The translations under genes and the position numbers were made by a program. A DNA stretch of 64,000 nt from Schmidtea nova (Eukaryota): positions 468,224,001 to 468,288,000 of the forward strand of contig CM097882.1 of assembly GCA_044892505.1 (NCBI GenBank). Direction: 5' to 3'. Under the pieces are notes generated by a model. The model was not told where the DNA came from. It saw nothing but the letters and a program-made list of their open reading frames with translations, and searched no databases. How positions within the stretch are numbered: the first letter of the stretch is position 1; each line of letters begins with the position of its first letter. Below, in pieces: positions 1 through 13,546 of the stretch.

Positions 1-190
1 AGTAACATTAAAAATTTTAAATTTTGAACATGAAGCTGTATAAGAACCATTGTATTGGATTTCACTAATGAAATTACAATAATGAAATTCCTCAGTCTTC
101 TATCTTTAAATATTTGTTCTTTGTAGATTGATGATACTCATTGACCAATGGAAAACTGTACAATTTCTTTAGTTTTCATAGGATACCAAT

Positions 191-235
191 TGTTTCAACT
201 GTCGACAATCTGGAAATATTGCGAGAGAATGTCCA
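191..235 (+). pseudogene. Gag-type zinc knuckle relic
   Basis: Translates CFNCRQSGNIARECP, i.e. CX2CX4(H>N)X4C. Confidence 0.7.
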
Positions 236-3091
236 AAGCAAGAAAGATCTAATTTTCTTAAACGAAAAAAATATGCAACTCAGGCACCGCGAATCAATGT
301 AATGCAACAGCTTTAGAAACTTAGAGAATTAATAGAACGAACAGCGTCAAACAATCCCCAACATCAAATAATTAGTGCCTTGCAAACCACTGAATCTGAA
401 ACATCAAAATTAAATGAAAGTCAAATGAAACAATAAAGCTGAACCAAATGAAGCTGAATGTTAAAGGCTTCAGGTGGAAGAAGCTCGAAAAAATTAAGAA
501 AGATGGAAGAATCGAGAAAATGATATCAAAAGAATTTATATGATGAGAATGGCAAACGAAGAAAAGTCAAGTAAGAAAAGAACATCTCAGCGATATAAAA
601 GAACTGCTTAAGAATATCACAGAAAAAGTAACAGAAATATCAACAGAAACACCAGAAATAGAAATCGTAGAAAAAGATGGAGAATTCGCAATCTCAATGA
701 AATCAATGAACGAAGAAGAAAAGAAGGAATTTATCCAAGAGTACAACCATAAAAAGAAAATTAAGAAGAATCGATGGTGATGCATACAGTACGAGTGAAA
801 ATAAAGAAACAATAAACGAAACAATAAAGATCAAAGCAGAAGAAGTAACAAAATAAGTTAGTAACAGTCATCATAAATGAAGTAGAAAAAAGAAGTCAGA
901 AGTCGAAATAAGGAGAAAATAAAGAAGCTGAATAGATAAATTAGAAAGCTGAGAAAATTATTACCAGATACCGAATACAACGAGCGTTACTACAGAGTAT
1001 TGAGACTTATATTCGAAAAGCAGATAATACATTAACAGATGGAAAGGTTGAACCATTGAAAAGAAAAATATGTGATGTAACGATATGTTGGTCACAAACG
1101 ATCACTCAAAATGAAAAAGAAAGAGATCTTAAAAATGTGTATAAGATAAACATGTTTAGAATGCATGGCAAAGATCTAACAGATCCAGATGAATTTAGTG
1201 AAGTGAGTAGCCTGGGAGGCGAATTATTTCAATCAGGTGATGAAAACAACAAATTAAAAGCACCACTAGCTAGTGACGAAAGCAAAATCAAAGAATCAAG
1301 CGACACCCTACTAAGTGAAGATGAATGGAATATTATTGGAGAAGTAATAGGCATTGTGTAATTAGCCACACAAAAAAGAGTTTATCGACGAAAATGTATA
1401 TAAAACCATCATGAAAAAAGCCGCTCAAGCAAACCAGGTAGAAAATAGAATATTTACAACAGCATGAAATGACCCAATCGCAGAATACAAGAAACAATTG
1501 AAAGAAGCGAAGATCAATGAGTATGTGATAGAAAAACACCATCCTGAAATTGATTCACGAAGAATATCAATAGAGAACACAAATGCCAACACATTGTATA
1601 ATTTGGTATTAGAAAAAACGGGAAACAGTTTTAAAAATGATCATCTTTATTTAAACAATTGGAGAATCAAAAAGCGAATACATCATGTAGATGTTATGAT
1701 ATGGCCAAATCAACTGAATTTCTTAACGTTAAGGAAAGGCGCTATTGAAGAAACAGTAATGCAACTATTAGTAAAAGTCAGAGACATATACAACGGTGAA
1801 ATCAGATCGAAACTATTAAAACTAGCTGTACAAGCTGTTAGCCGCAACGACGTTGTCGGTCGAATCATTCGGTAAATCAAAAGACATAAGTTTTCTTTAA
1901 TCCAATTTTTATTTCACTACAATAAATTGTTTATTTATTTTAAAATTGTCTTCACTTTCAATTATTATTTAAACAAACTTTTTTAATCAAATGATCAAAA
2001 TAACAATTCAATAAATTTCATTTAATTTTTTCAAAATAGAAATTTCTTAAATGACAATAAAAATTTTATAGAAATTTCACAAATTTTTATAAATTCACAC
2101 AAATTTCCGAATTGCCATTTTAATCAATGGACTGCATATCTCACAAGCAATGTGGGAAAATCGAATAACGCTTACAGTACTTGTAACAGACCAGGCTAGA
2201 AAAATGATAGATAGAATAAATAAAAGAAGACAAAAACCAATGAAAAGATTTGTAGAATTATTGCGAGATACTGAATTAGTTCGATTAGTTCATGATCGAG
2301 CAACTGAATTGATAAATCAAAATGGTGTTAACCAGAGATCAAAATTTCGAGCAAAAACGATACAAAATAATTAGAAAATACCAAGTGGAGATAACCAAAT
2401 AATTTAAGTAGAACCAGAATGCACAGTAGACGAATTTGTTAGATTAATAATCGATGAGAAAATTATGCATAAAGTGAAGCAAAATAGTGATGATGGAATA
2501 ATAGAAGATGTAATAATTGTTTACAATAAACATATGTTAAATGGAACTGAGTTGAATAAGGAACTCACACGTTACTATTTGTTATCATCTCCAAATGAAT
2601 CAAAGATGAGGAATTAACATGTCAGTTTGATCAAAAATAACCTTTATCTGTAGAATCATTATACATTTCTGAGAAAAACAACAAAGAAGAAATCCATCCA
2701 GACAAACCAAATAGCGTTGTCATAAACCGGAAAGGAGGAAAATATAGCATCAGGAGTACCGAAATTTATCCTACAACATTTATTATTAGATAATGAATCT
2801 TGATATCAAAAAGAGAAAACATATGTTTCATGCAAAACTTGGAAAAACGTAAAGCAGACATTAGCAGTTCCAAGAATCAGTATATTGAGAAAACAGGAAA
2901 TGACCTCAAGATAGCGTCCTGTAGATATAGGGGAACCGATAAATCTAGATGAATTAGAAAGAATAGAAACACAGAAAAGTAAACAATTAATCGACATTTT
3001 AGAAAATGGTGCCAAAATTCAACAGAGCAGTAGTCGAATTAACAAAATGGATTATTAAAAACAGTAAAGATATATCAATAATGAGAACTCA

Positions 3092-4040
3092 ATCACCAAA
3101 GAAGTAAATGGTGTAGAGATGGATGCAATGATAGATACCAATGCAAGCATATTAGCAACTAGGTTGTTCTAAGGCGACAAGGCGCCCCTTTAGTCAATTT
3201 TTCTCTTTTGGCAGTTTCATTTTTTAGTATTAAATAATTGAAAAAAAATAAATGTTTTTTTAAAGGTCAGTACCTAAAAAAACGGAAAAATTAATTTGAT
3301 AATGAAGAACTCATTATTTTCGTTTTCATTAACTTTAAAATTTAATTTATTTCTCAGTGTTTGATATGGAATAACTTTGAGCGTTCCGGAATCACAGATA
3401 AATAAACAGATAATATTGGGTAAATATTATATATTTTTCACATTAATAATAATAATAATATATAATATATAATATATAGTGATATATAAGGACAGTCAAA
3501 TTTATCTTATTATTTTCATTATATATTATAATATAATATTTTTTAGAATATTCTAAAAAATATCTTAAATTAAAATTAAATTAATCTTTATGCTACTTAT
3601 CTTTGATAGTAGCATAATATTATATTATAATTAGAATATAAACTTTGAGCGTTCCAGAATCACAGATAAATAAATAAATAAACAGATACTGTTGGGTAAT
3701 TATTATATAAAAATAAAAAAATAAGAACATGATACCAAGTTTATTATGACCTTGCATTGAAGAAACATCAATGGATATAGTGATGTGCAGCAAAGAATCT
3801 GATAATCTTATCAGGACAATATAGTTGGATATCGAATATAAAGATATGAAAATATCTACTAATTTGGCAGTAAAGAGACAATTGGGTGCATCATGTATTA
3901 TTGGAACCGACCTAATGCTAAAACTGTTAAAAAGAGTCACGGTTGGTCTAGGTACGATGAAATTAAAAGATAAAATTAATAAAGGTTGTACAGAAAAGAC
4001 GAAAATAGACCAACCAAGCAAAGCAATGATCGAAAAGTGA
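3092..4040 (+). pseudogene. Retropepsin-like aspartic protease, split by an AT-rich insert (~3150-3720)
   Basis: ITKEVNGVEMDAMIDTNAS (DTG>DTN) at 3092-3148; C-terminal ...LGASCIIGTDLM (IIGxD motif) in ORF 3825-4040. Confidence 0.6.
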
Positions 4041-5640
4041 CAAGTGTGTATGTTTCAAGAGAATGTAAATTGTGACTGGTTACAACAAATGATAACAGAA
4101 ATCCAGAAAACAAACCGACAAACGATATCTGAGAAACCCAAGATAACCAATGATATAAATATAGAACATCTTGAAAGGATGGAGCTGATTATTGAAATAA
4201 CAAATGAAATCATGCCATAATGGTCGAAAAACAAATGAATACGCAGAAGGAAATGAAACAACCGAAATTATCAATGCCATAAAAGAAAGATAACTGATAT
4301 TGTTTACAATCATAAGTTTCAAAGACTAAATATCGTTATATCACGCTTTAAGAAACAGAAATGAAAAGAGAGCGTTGGAGATCGTAAACATCATTGAGAA
4401 AAGCAAACAACATACCAACATGAAAAATTAGAAATATCAAACACCTCTGTAGACACAAAAAAAGTTTATCGTCATATTAATGAGAACCGGGTCACATTTT
4501 GAATAAAAAGACTGCAAAAATGAAAGTATATTATCAGTACAAGCAAACAACCATAATATAATTAAATATCCAATATATAATACCACGGAAGATATTGAAG
4601 TTCTCAGCCCAGATCCAAATCTATTGGAAAATGCAATAGACAAGGATGCCCATGATACAACCACTAAAATAGTAAAATGGTTACACCCACTCACTCACGA
4701 AGGAGTGATAAATGTCAATGACAAATTCGAAGGTAGTGAAAATATGATAATTAAAAGAGCTATGAATATAAAATGAAAGATGTACAAAACGACTAAAGCA
4801 TTGTTGAAAAGACCTTACTTCAGATTTACAAGCAATTGGAAAGAAAAAGAAAGAATCGAAACTAAAAAAACGAGTTATACCATCAAGTAAGAATATGTAA
4901 AAATATAAAAGACAACAGAATCTATCGAAGCTGGGATAATATCAAAGACGAAATAACAATGAAAGCAGATATATAGAAAATAACAAACGAATTAATAATA
5001 AGATACGAAGAGATAATAAAATTAATAAATGTTAAGGACGACATCTTAAAAGGAACCGAAAGTAATTCAAATGATCATAATAGACCAGATGATGAAGACA
5101 AGGATAACAATAATGGTCAACAACAAAAATATGAATCAGATGATAAAGACGAGGATAACAACAAGTCAACAGCTAAAACATGACAACAATAGAAACGACG
5201 AGTGTGGAAAAATTGATGGAAAAGCAATAAGGAAAATATTGAAATAAAAAACGGAAACGATGATAAAGAAAACAAATGAAGACTAGAAATTTAAAATTAT
5301 GAAAAACGAACGGTATGTCTACAAAAAAACACAAATATAAATGTAATACTATTAATGTTGATATCATTAACGATAAAAGGAACAGAAGCTTGTGGTAATA
5401 AAATATACAAAAATCATGTACAAATCAATAAAATCATAGAAATTTAAAAAGTAATAACTAAAGTACAAAAATTAATTAAAAATTTTAAAAATTAAAAATA
5501 AAGATTTAGTGGGAAAAATTGGTATAGGAGGATATAAAATGATAAGACGAATTTAAATATATTAATATAAAATTAAAAAGGGGCCCCATAAAGAAATATT
5601 AAGAAAAAACAAAGAAATTAAAGAAATTATTTACCTAATG

Positions 5641-5738
5641 AAAAACCTGAGCTAATTGAAAACCCGAGCTAATGAAAAACAGAGCTAATGGAAAACTAAA
5701 GAAATGTTGGAAACTCGAGCAATGTGGGGAACTCGAGT
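5641..5738 (+). repeat. Degenerate 16-18 bp tandem repeat (gaaaacccgagctaat-like), about 6 units
   Basis: Units gaaaaacctgagctaat, gaaaacccgagctaat, gaaaaacagagctaat, gaaactcgagcaat and others are directly visible. Confidence 0.7.
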
Positions 5739-6062
5739 CAGGGCCGTAACAAGGCATTATTGCGCCCTGTGCGGTTCATATATCTGGCGCCCCCCAGCAA
5801 GCGAATTCAAAACAAGCCTACTGTCAGGGTGGCGATTTTACAAAATACACACCTAATGCACACTAATGGACCAGTCCAACCAGTAATGTTAAAGATAAGA
5901 TAGGCTGGCTAGAGTCGTTTTTCGTGCATGACATTTGATAATTTTTTTAATTATTCATATTTTTTGGTAACACTAAAAAAATTTTACATCCTAATTTTGC
6001 GCCCCTTTTAGATGTGCGCCCTGTGCGACTGCACCGCTCGCACCACCCTTGTTACGGGCCTG
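5739..6062. mobile_element. hAT-type MITE, 324 bp
   Basis: TIRs cagggccgtaacaagg / ccttgttacgggcctg; 8-bp TSD actcgagt / actcgagc; subterminal tgcgccctgtgcg at both ends. Confidence 0.85.
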
Positions 6063-9036
6063 ACTCGAGCCTTCAACTAACTTATCTAGTTATCATTAAA
6101 ATTGAATGGGTAGAGGAAGCCCGGGCTAAGAACCACAAATCTAAATATCCCAAACTAATTGGACATCCCACGGAAGTAAAAAGAAAAAACCCAGTAGTAA
6201 TGAGAATCTGATTAATCAACAATAAAATTATTTTTATGGAAAACCCCAGAAGCAATTCGTTTAACTCAGAAACATAAAATTAAAAAATCGAGATTACCGA
6301 CAAAAATTTAATTAGGGCTTAATTAGCTCAAATTACAGGAATTACTATAAAAACTCAGGCAAACAGCTCAAATCGCCAGATGGTCGAAGCATGAAAATTT
6401 AATTCCTAATTAAGCCAAAGAGTTTTCAAAGAGAAGAAGTTTTAAAATTATAAAAGGTTAAAATTTGTGTCGAATCATTTTTTTGCGTACCAGAAAAGTG
6501 GATCTCCTATTTTAGAACCTATCTCTAACGCTTGAAGAGTGCAGCTAAATGTGTAACTGTAATTGTATGTTAAAATTTGAAAATAAAGATTATTGTTTTG
6601 GGTTTTGGTTAATTAGTTTATAAAGAAAGGACATGGGGAGTCAGATAGTAACTGATTATTTAATAGTAATCTAACAAAATTCAGAAAACTCACTTTGAGT
6701 TAAAATTTCAAAATGGCGATTTCGCTAAAAAATGACTCACTTATGTTGCTTGTTTTATATTTAAAATTTTTTTTTAATTCTAAATCTAACTAAATATTTA
6801 TTAATATTCCTAGTAATTTCATATTTTTTATTATCTTTCAATTTATTTCCATTTATTTTATTGAATTAACAATTTTTTAAAAAATTTATTGTCAACATTG
6901 CATTTTAAATATCATTTTATGATATTTTCTAAATTAACATTTAATTTTTTAAATTTCTATAAATTTTCTTGCTCTTACATTTTTTCTTAGTATTTTGCAT
7001 GGCATTTTTACATACAAATCACTTGTTTACTTGCAATTTCATGTTTTATTTTAATATTAAAATTTTATAATTTTGATTATGTTCGTATTGTTTGTAATTA
7101 TTTTGGGGTTTACTAGATGTGCGTGTTGTGATTTAGGGATTTCCGCGTTTTTAAAACCAAATAATATTATTTTTAGTTTTCGCTCAATACAGAGATTTTA
7201 AACATAGCTCTTGAAATTATTCGATACTTGGTTAATTATAGCTCTGGACCAATCAGCGCTCACTTTATGCCATGCTTACCCTTTGCGTTAAAGTAACAAC
7301 GGTGCTTAGCAATGATTTAGCCACTGATAAAATAATTGTGCAGGCTGGCAGAATCGAACAATAAAATTTATTTAAACTCATCAAAATTAAAGGTATACAA
7401 AAATAAACGGATTCAAACGCACGATAAAACTTTAAACAGCAAAATAACGCAAAAGAAAATAAAACAGTAAAGTACAATAGTAGTCATACAAACTGCATTC
7501 TATATGTCGGTCGAAATAGGGTTGAAGCGATAGAAAAGAGACATCTCAAGAGCTATCACATAATTTGAGTGTAGGTGGCATAAACATATGAAGGACTGCA
7601 CGAAAATTGAATGGGGAAGATCATTGCTTGTATAGTGAATAGGAAAAGCATGATCAAAGAATAAATTGCTATTAAAATGAAGGAAATAATTTATAGAAAA
7701 TTATAGAAAAAATTCACATTGAAATATAATAAAAATAACAGAGATAAGAATGAAAATATAATTATATTAAATTTGATTGTTTTATCCAATCAATTAACTT
7801 ACAAAAACAATGGATATAGACATCATTTAATGGAATTTGAAAACAAGTATTTAAAGAAATAAATAAATAAAATTATATAGTTAAATTTATGAAAAATAAA
7901 TAAATACGGACTTATTAAAATTAATAAGAAAGTTTAAATCGTTACTTCTAAAATAACTAGATGCGTCCTCTGTGGTTTACGACCGCAAAGGTGGTAGCCG
8001 CACTGTTTGGGATTGTTCGGAGTTTCGCGGGCGCCATGAGTACAATCTAAAAATTATGGACAATTAAATTTTGGCGAGGAGGAAAGGCACGTTAAGGAAA
8101 TAAGTGTAAAGTAAGCCGGAGGAAGTTAAGTGAGGTTATACGTGGATAATTTTAATATGAATGAGTGAAAATCGAATATAGGATAAAATGATAGAAAGTT
8201 TACATTAAAATCACGCGACAGGACAATAAAGTAAGATCTTCTATAAGCAGCAGGAACCCGAAAGACAGAATATAGTGAGGAGTAGTTTTGGTAAAGAAGC
8301 TAATCTGCTCACTAGCTTCTCGCCGTCATGTACAGTACCGACATAGTTAGCCAGGACTATCTATGGGTACACGACTGAAGTAGTTTAACATTTATGATGG
8401 GCTATGGTTTGTATTAATCCCTCGAGTTAATAATAATTTTTGTAGCCACACCCATACTTCCCAGCACAATAATACTTTTCTTAACAATAGCCAATAGCAC
8501 CAACAGATGGGAACATTACGACATAGTTTTACCTACCAGTAACCGAGCTAAGATTGTTGAAATATAAGTATTGAAATTTATATCATTGCATCTAGTTGTT
8601 AAATACATGATAAGTATTTTAGACAGATTATGATGATAAATCCAGAATAATGTGAAATTATAATTTAAAAACTCCAGTCAAAAGTGTTTCAAATAGACTT
8701 TTAATAAATACATTGATTTATTTATTAAAATACGTCTAAATAGATTTATTAAATTTTTTTTTTTAAATCAACTGAAAGGTTTAAGTATGTGTCAAACTTC
8801 CATTTCGCTTTAATACTTCCTTAATTTGTAATACTATAAAATTTGTTTATTTAATATATGTTACAAACAAATTTAAATGTAACTATAGCTCTTATTTAAT
8901 TTATTAAAAATAATGTTTTTCTTAATAATACTACTAGTCATTATTTTACCAATATAAATTAATATTTTTAAGTTTGAAATATTTTTCATACATTCTTATT
9001 GCAAAATATTCCATAAATTTCTTTTTTGTAGTTAAA

Positions 9037-9779
9037 ATGTCATATAAAGGAGAATCCATGCCTAGTATCAATGAATCAGACAATGAAGAAGAAGACAATT
9101 TATCTATCAGTGAGGAATTTTCCACTTCTGATTATTCGTCGTTAAATCGACTGAAAAATTCAACTCTCACTAAAACAGCCTGTGAGACGATGGAACATAA
9201 AGAGGAAATCTTCAACAAAGCATCAACATTAAAATCTATAAATTGTGTACAAAATGAAAATGATACCTACAATTCCAATGATAGCAATTCAAATAATAGC
9301 GGGCTTTCACGAGAATCATTAGAAAGTGATAAAGAAGATTACACTAGTCACATTTGTTCTGATAATTTCCACTATCAATGCAACAGCAATACTTTGGAAA
9401 ATCAATCAACAATTATTGAGACCGAACATTCAGTTATAAGCGACATAATTCTATTAAATGAATTACAGGAATTTTCTGATCAAATAGAAAAACAAATCGA
9501 TTGCAATGAAAGAGAAAATTACAATTCAAGAATCAATAGTGAAATAGTTGATGAAACAGAAATCAATGAAACATGTGAAAGTAGATTTGTTCACCCAACT
9601 GAGGCGATTAATGACATAGATAAATCTCAAATTAATGTTGTGACAAAAGAAGACAAATTTGAAATCGATAGTATAAAGGCAATAGAAAAGTTTGATAATG
9701 ATAAAGTTTCAAAATATCAAGAAAACGAAACGGATAGATTTGGATTTTTAAAAGGAAATCAATATACCGATCCAAACAG
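9037..9779 (+). CDS. TBC1D10-family RabGAP exon 1 (acidic Ser-rich N-terminus ending DRFGFL)
   Basis: ATG 9037; DRFGF motif typical just upstream of TBC1D10/USP6NL-type domains; donor AG|gtagaa is phase 2 and matches the acceptor at 18371. Confidence 0.8.
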
Positions 9780-10874
9780 GTAGAAATAATTTATTTGTAA
9801 TTTTTCCCCAAATTTTTAAGTTATTTTTTTCAAATTACTTTAATAAATTACACCAATGCATCGGTTTGTAATGATAAGTTTTTATTTTCAAATATACAGT
9901 TTTCGCCGCCTAAACTGATGCTGCACCTGTATATTGTATGTTTTTCACGGGAATCTCGTATAGGTGACACTAACACACACTGGACAATATCTGGACAAAA
10001 ATTAAAAATATAGAACAAAACTGTTTAAAAAGTTATTGTTTAATTAGTTTATTTTTTATTAAGTTATATTTCGTAATTACAGTTTGATATAAAAGACTAC
10101 TAAAAACACCTTTAAAATACAATATCAACTTTCACACCAATCAAATATTTTAAAAAAATAATAAAAATCTTAAATCAGAATACCAAGCAAATCTGTAAAC
10201 AAAGTTATCACATCTTCAACTAGAGGTAGCGACCACCGGTTAATAATCATATCCCCAAAAAAATTTCCATGACTCGCCAATTAGTCAGTTATTTGAAGAT
10301 AACTTATACTATTGTTGAGCAATTTAAAATATTCCCATTTTGATCATGACTCCATTTTAAATTGACTCCATTGTGCGTCAATTTGATTGTTAATAATTTA
10401 TTGATACAGCAAATTTTGTTTTTATCTTATAGGACTACTTTATTCCATTTATAGCTCTATAAATCCAGTTTAAAAACTGTAATTAAAGCAACAACCTTCG
10501 TATCTGAAAAGGTAGTCCAAATTGTCACATAGACTTTAATACAAAACTTTAAAATATTATCGAATATCGAATTTATTCTTGAAAGAAAATACCGCTTTCA
10601 TTAAAATATTTTTATCTCAAAGTCGGGAGCCAATAGCATAGTTTTCAGACTCGAGAAATTAACTCCGATTCCACAAAAAAGCTTCGATTCCTCGACTCCG
10701 ACTCATCATCCGTGCTATATACATATTAATTATTTTGTTACTGTATTTTACGCTTTCTAAACAAAGTTATCTGTAATTTTGAGTTGAAAAATAATTAATC
10801 AGTCAAATACAGCTTTTTTCCGCGAAATAAAACTTATATTCATAATTTGAATTTGGATAATATTATTGCTATTA

Positions 10875-11142
10875 CACGAGGGTCGTCAACCTTTCAGCTT
10901 CCCTTGGCCACATCGAAAGAAGACGAGTTATATTGGGCCACAAATAAAATATATTAACCCTAAAGATAGCTGATGAACAAAAAACGTTGAATATATGTAC
11001 TTAGTTAACAATTTCAAGTAATTTAAACTTTATTTTTTTTCATGATTTTTTTATTATAAATTAAAGAACTAGCAACATGAAATAGTTTTATAAAATTAAT
11101 TGAGAAAGTTTTAAAGTATATAAAGCGGGTTGGACACGCCTG
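10875..11142 (+). mobile_element. MER30/Charlie3-like hAT MITE
   Basis: gcttcccttggcccacatcgaaagaag, aaataaaatatattaaccctaaagatagctgatga and terminal gggttggacacgcctg resemble the MER30 consensus as I recall it; TSD not recognisable; not searched. Confidence 0.6.
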
Positions 11143-11835
11143 TTTTATATCATTTATACGATAAGTAAAATAATTAAAATCCATTTATGTTCCACATTTT
11201 TCATTCGAAACCAGATTTTGTTCGATGTCAAATCAATTTAATGTTAAAAATACTGTAACAAATTCGTAATATAATGATTAATAGAATTTAATCCATTCTA
11301 GACAATTTATTTATCATTTATTTATAAGTTTAATTATATTTCATCGTGTGAGACATTTGTCGATTATCATTTGATCTTTTTATAATTTCGTTGATTTTCA
11401 TTTTTTTTTCAGACAATTGATTAAAATATTTCTCTGAATGTCTAATATTTTTTATTATTTATTCTCTAATGGCGTTTATTTATTTATTGATATTGTAATA
11501 ATTGCAATTATTGGAGAAAATCAATTGAATCAAAGATGCCTTTTGCTTGTTACTATATTAAGAGTATGAATATAGACAATAAAGTCATAATTCAATATCA
11601 ACTTTACATTATAGTAAATTTGAAATTTCTCCATTTAATGACTTATTGGAAAATTTCATAGTGAAATATTTACATTGACTTTTACGATTAGATTTATTCA
11701 TTTGGAATTTGTTAATAAAATAACGATACAAATCGACAGAAATAAATAATCAAATTTTCAATTTATTCTATTTGATAAATAACAGATATTGTTTTGAAAC
11801 GTTTTATATAGTCTTAATTCAAACAATCTAGGTTA

Positions 11836-12021
11836 TGTTAAATTGTGTGTGTATGTTAGAAGACGTTGTAGAGCCCGAGAGAGTCTTGCAATATAAGTGT
11901 GCAGACACTCGGGGTGTATGCTGTGTAATGCTCTTGTTTCAATGGAGGTACAAATAAAATAATATTCAATCAAATAAAAATATTTAATAAAATTTTATAT
12001 GTAGATAATATAGCATCAACA
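11836..12021 (+). mobile_element. Possible solo LTR
   Basis: TGTT...AACA termini, TATA-like tataa and aataaa inside; no clear TSD. Confidence 0.3.
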
Positions 12022-13069
12022 AATTAATATTTTCTTTTAAAATTTCGTTATTAAATTCTTTCGAACCTTCTCTTGCGTTTCTTTAGAACTTTCTTTGAAA
12101 TTTCTTTAATGTCCTTAATTCGGTAATAAATTCTTCGTTATTAGATTCTTTAAAATGTTTTCAATATAATATTTGGCTTTCAATATAATCTTCGGCTTTC
12201 AATATAATTTTAGGCTTTCCAGATTTGTATAAATATTTATCCAGCTTTATTTTTCAATTTTTAATAATCAATCCCTTTAATTAATTTGTCATTTGGCTTA
12301 CTATAGTAAGCCAAATTCAAATTTTGAATTAAAATTATCCAAAAATAATAATTAAAAATAATAATACAAAATGAAATTGCCCTTATTCTACAGGGATGGG
12401 GGGAAATCCAAACTATATATATATATATATATACACTAATAATAAAAACACTAATAATAAAAAAAACAAGTCATTATAGCTGTTGGGTTCACCACAGATA
12501 TGTACATCGATACTAAGTTATGCAGCTATCCAAAGAATTTGAACAATACACCTCCCTCTTCTGCGTTTAAACATTTATATAATTTTTTTATATAATTTTC
12601 ATAGAAACAAATTAATTTTTATTTGATAATAAAAACCCTGATAATTTATTAGAAAACATTTGTTGATTACCTATGCACTGAGTTTATAGGGAGGAAAAAG
12701 GGACTCGACATAATGTTACGTGTGGTATAGTTGTTTAATTCGTGTAAATCTTCAATTAATTAATCATTTATTTTCATTTCTATATAGGTTATATATTAAT
12801 ATTTCATTTGGTTTTTAACAAGAATATTTGGTAAAACATTTGAACAAACACCTGTAAAAGACAGTACCGAAAAAGTGTTTATATAGGGTTTCTCATTTGT
12901 TAGCATGACATTTGCGTTATATAGTGGTATAAAATAAAAGTGTAAGTGACCAAACTACAAAGGATAAGGTATATACTTTTTTTAGTATTAAAATTCATTT
13001 AAAATATAATTATAAATAAATTATCACAATTTCCAAAAACACCAATAAATGAAAGATTAACACTATCTA

Positions 13070-13546
13070 GGGATCGTCAATAAAGTACGTACGCCAAAAA
13101 ATCGTAAATGCTACCCCCTCCCTCCCCATGTTGCAGTGTGTACTTTTTCGGCCCCCTACCCCCCCGGTTTTGGTAGTACCAAAACTACAATACTCCTTTC
13201 AAGTTGGTCACCAATTTACTTAAATAACACATAAATGACAATGCCACTATCTTATTTCGTTTTGATATGCTCAAGAGACTGTTTGTTTGTTACGATTAGT
13301 ATTGACATTTTTAAAAATGATTGTTATTACATATCAATTAAATGTCTAATTGTTAAGCCTCATTGCTGTTTTTAAAAACCGAAATTTTCTTTTAACCATT
13401 ATTTTTTAATCGAATCATACTATACTCTGCGGCTATATTTACTAGTTTTGTATTTATTTACCGTTTTTTACCCCCATACATACCAATACGCTTTTGGCCT
13501 GACACCCCCTACCCCCTAAGTGCGTACATACTTTATGAACGGCCCC
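13070..13546. mobile_element. PIF/Harbinger-type MITE
   Basis: Imperfect TIRs gggatcgtcaataaagtacgtacgc / gcgtacatactttatgaacggcccc; 3-bp TSD cta on both sides. Confidence 0.7.

Larger units (their letters stand above)
1..5400 (+). mobile_element. Decayed A-rich retroelement-like region (Zn knuckle, Ubl-like and retropepsin relics; no RT recognised)
   Basis: Strong A bias on +, many broken reading frames, CCHC-like knuckle at 191-235, aspartic protease motifs at 3092-3148 and 3825-3935. Boundaries approximate. Confidence 0.45.

Noticed and set aside
5641-5738. Spaced repeats as a CRISPR array
   Set aside because: Contiguous degenerate units without unique spacers, in a eukaryotic context with no cas genes.
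8974-9036. N-terminal extension of the ORF-track 269-aa protein
   Set aside because: Begins at TTG in AT-rich sequence; ATG 9037 is the more plausible start.
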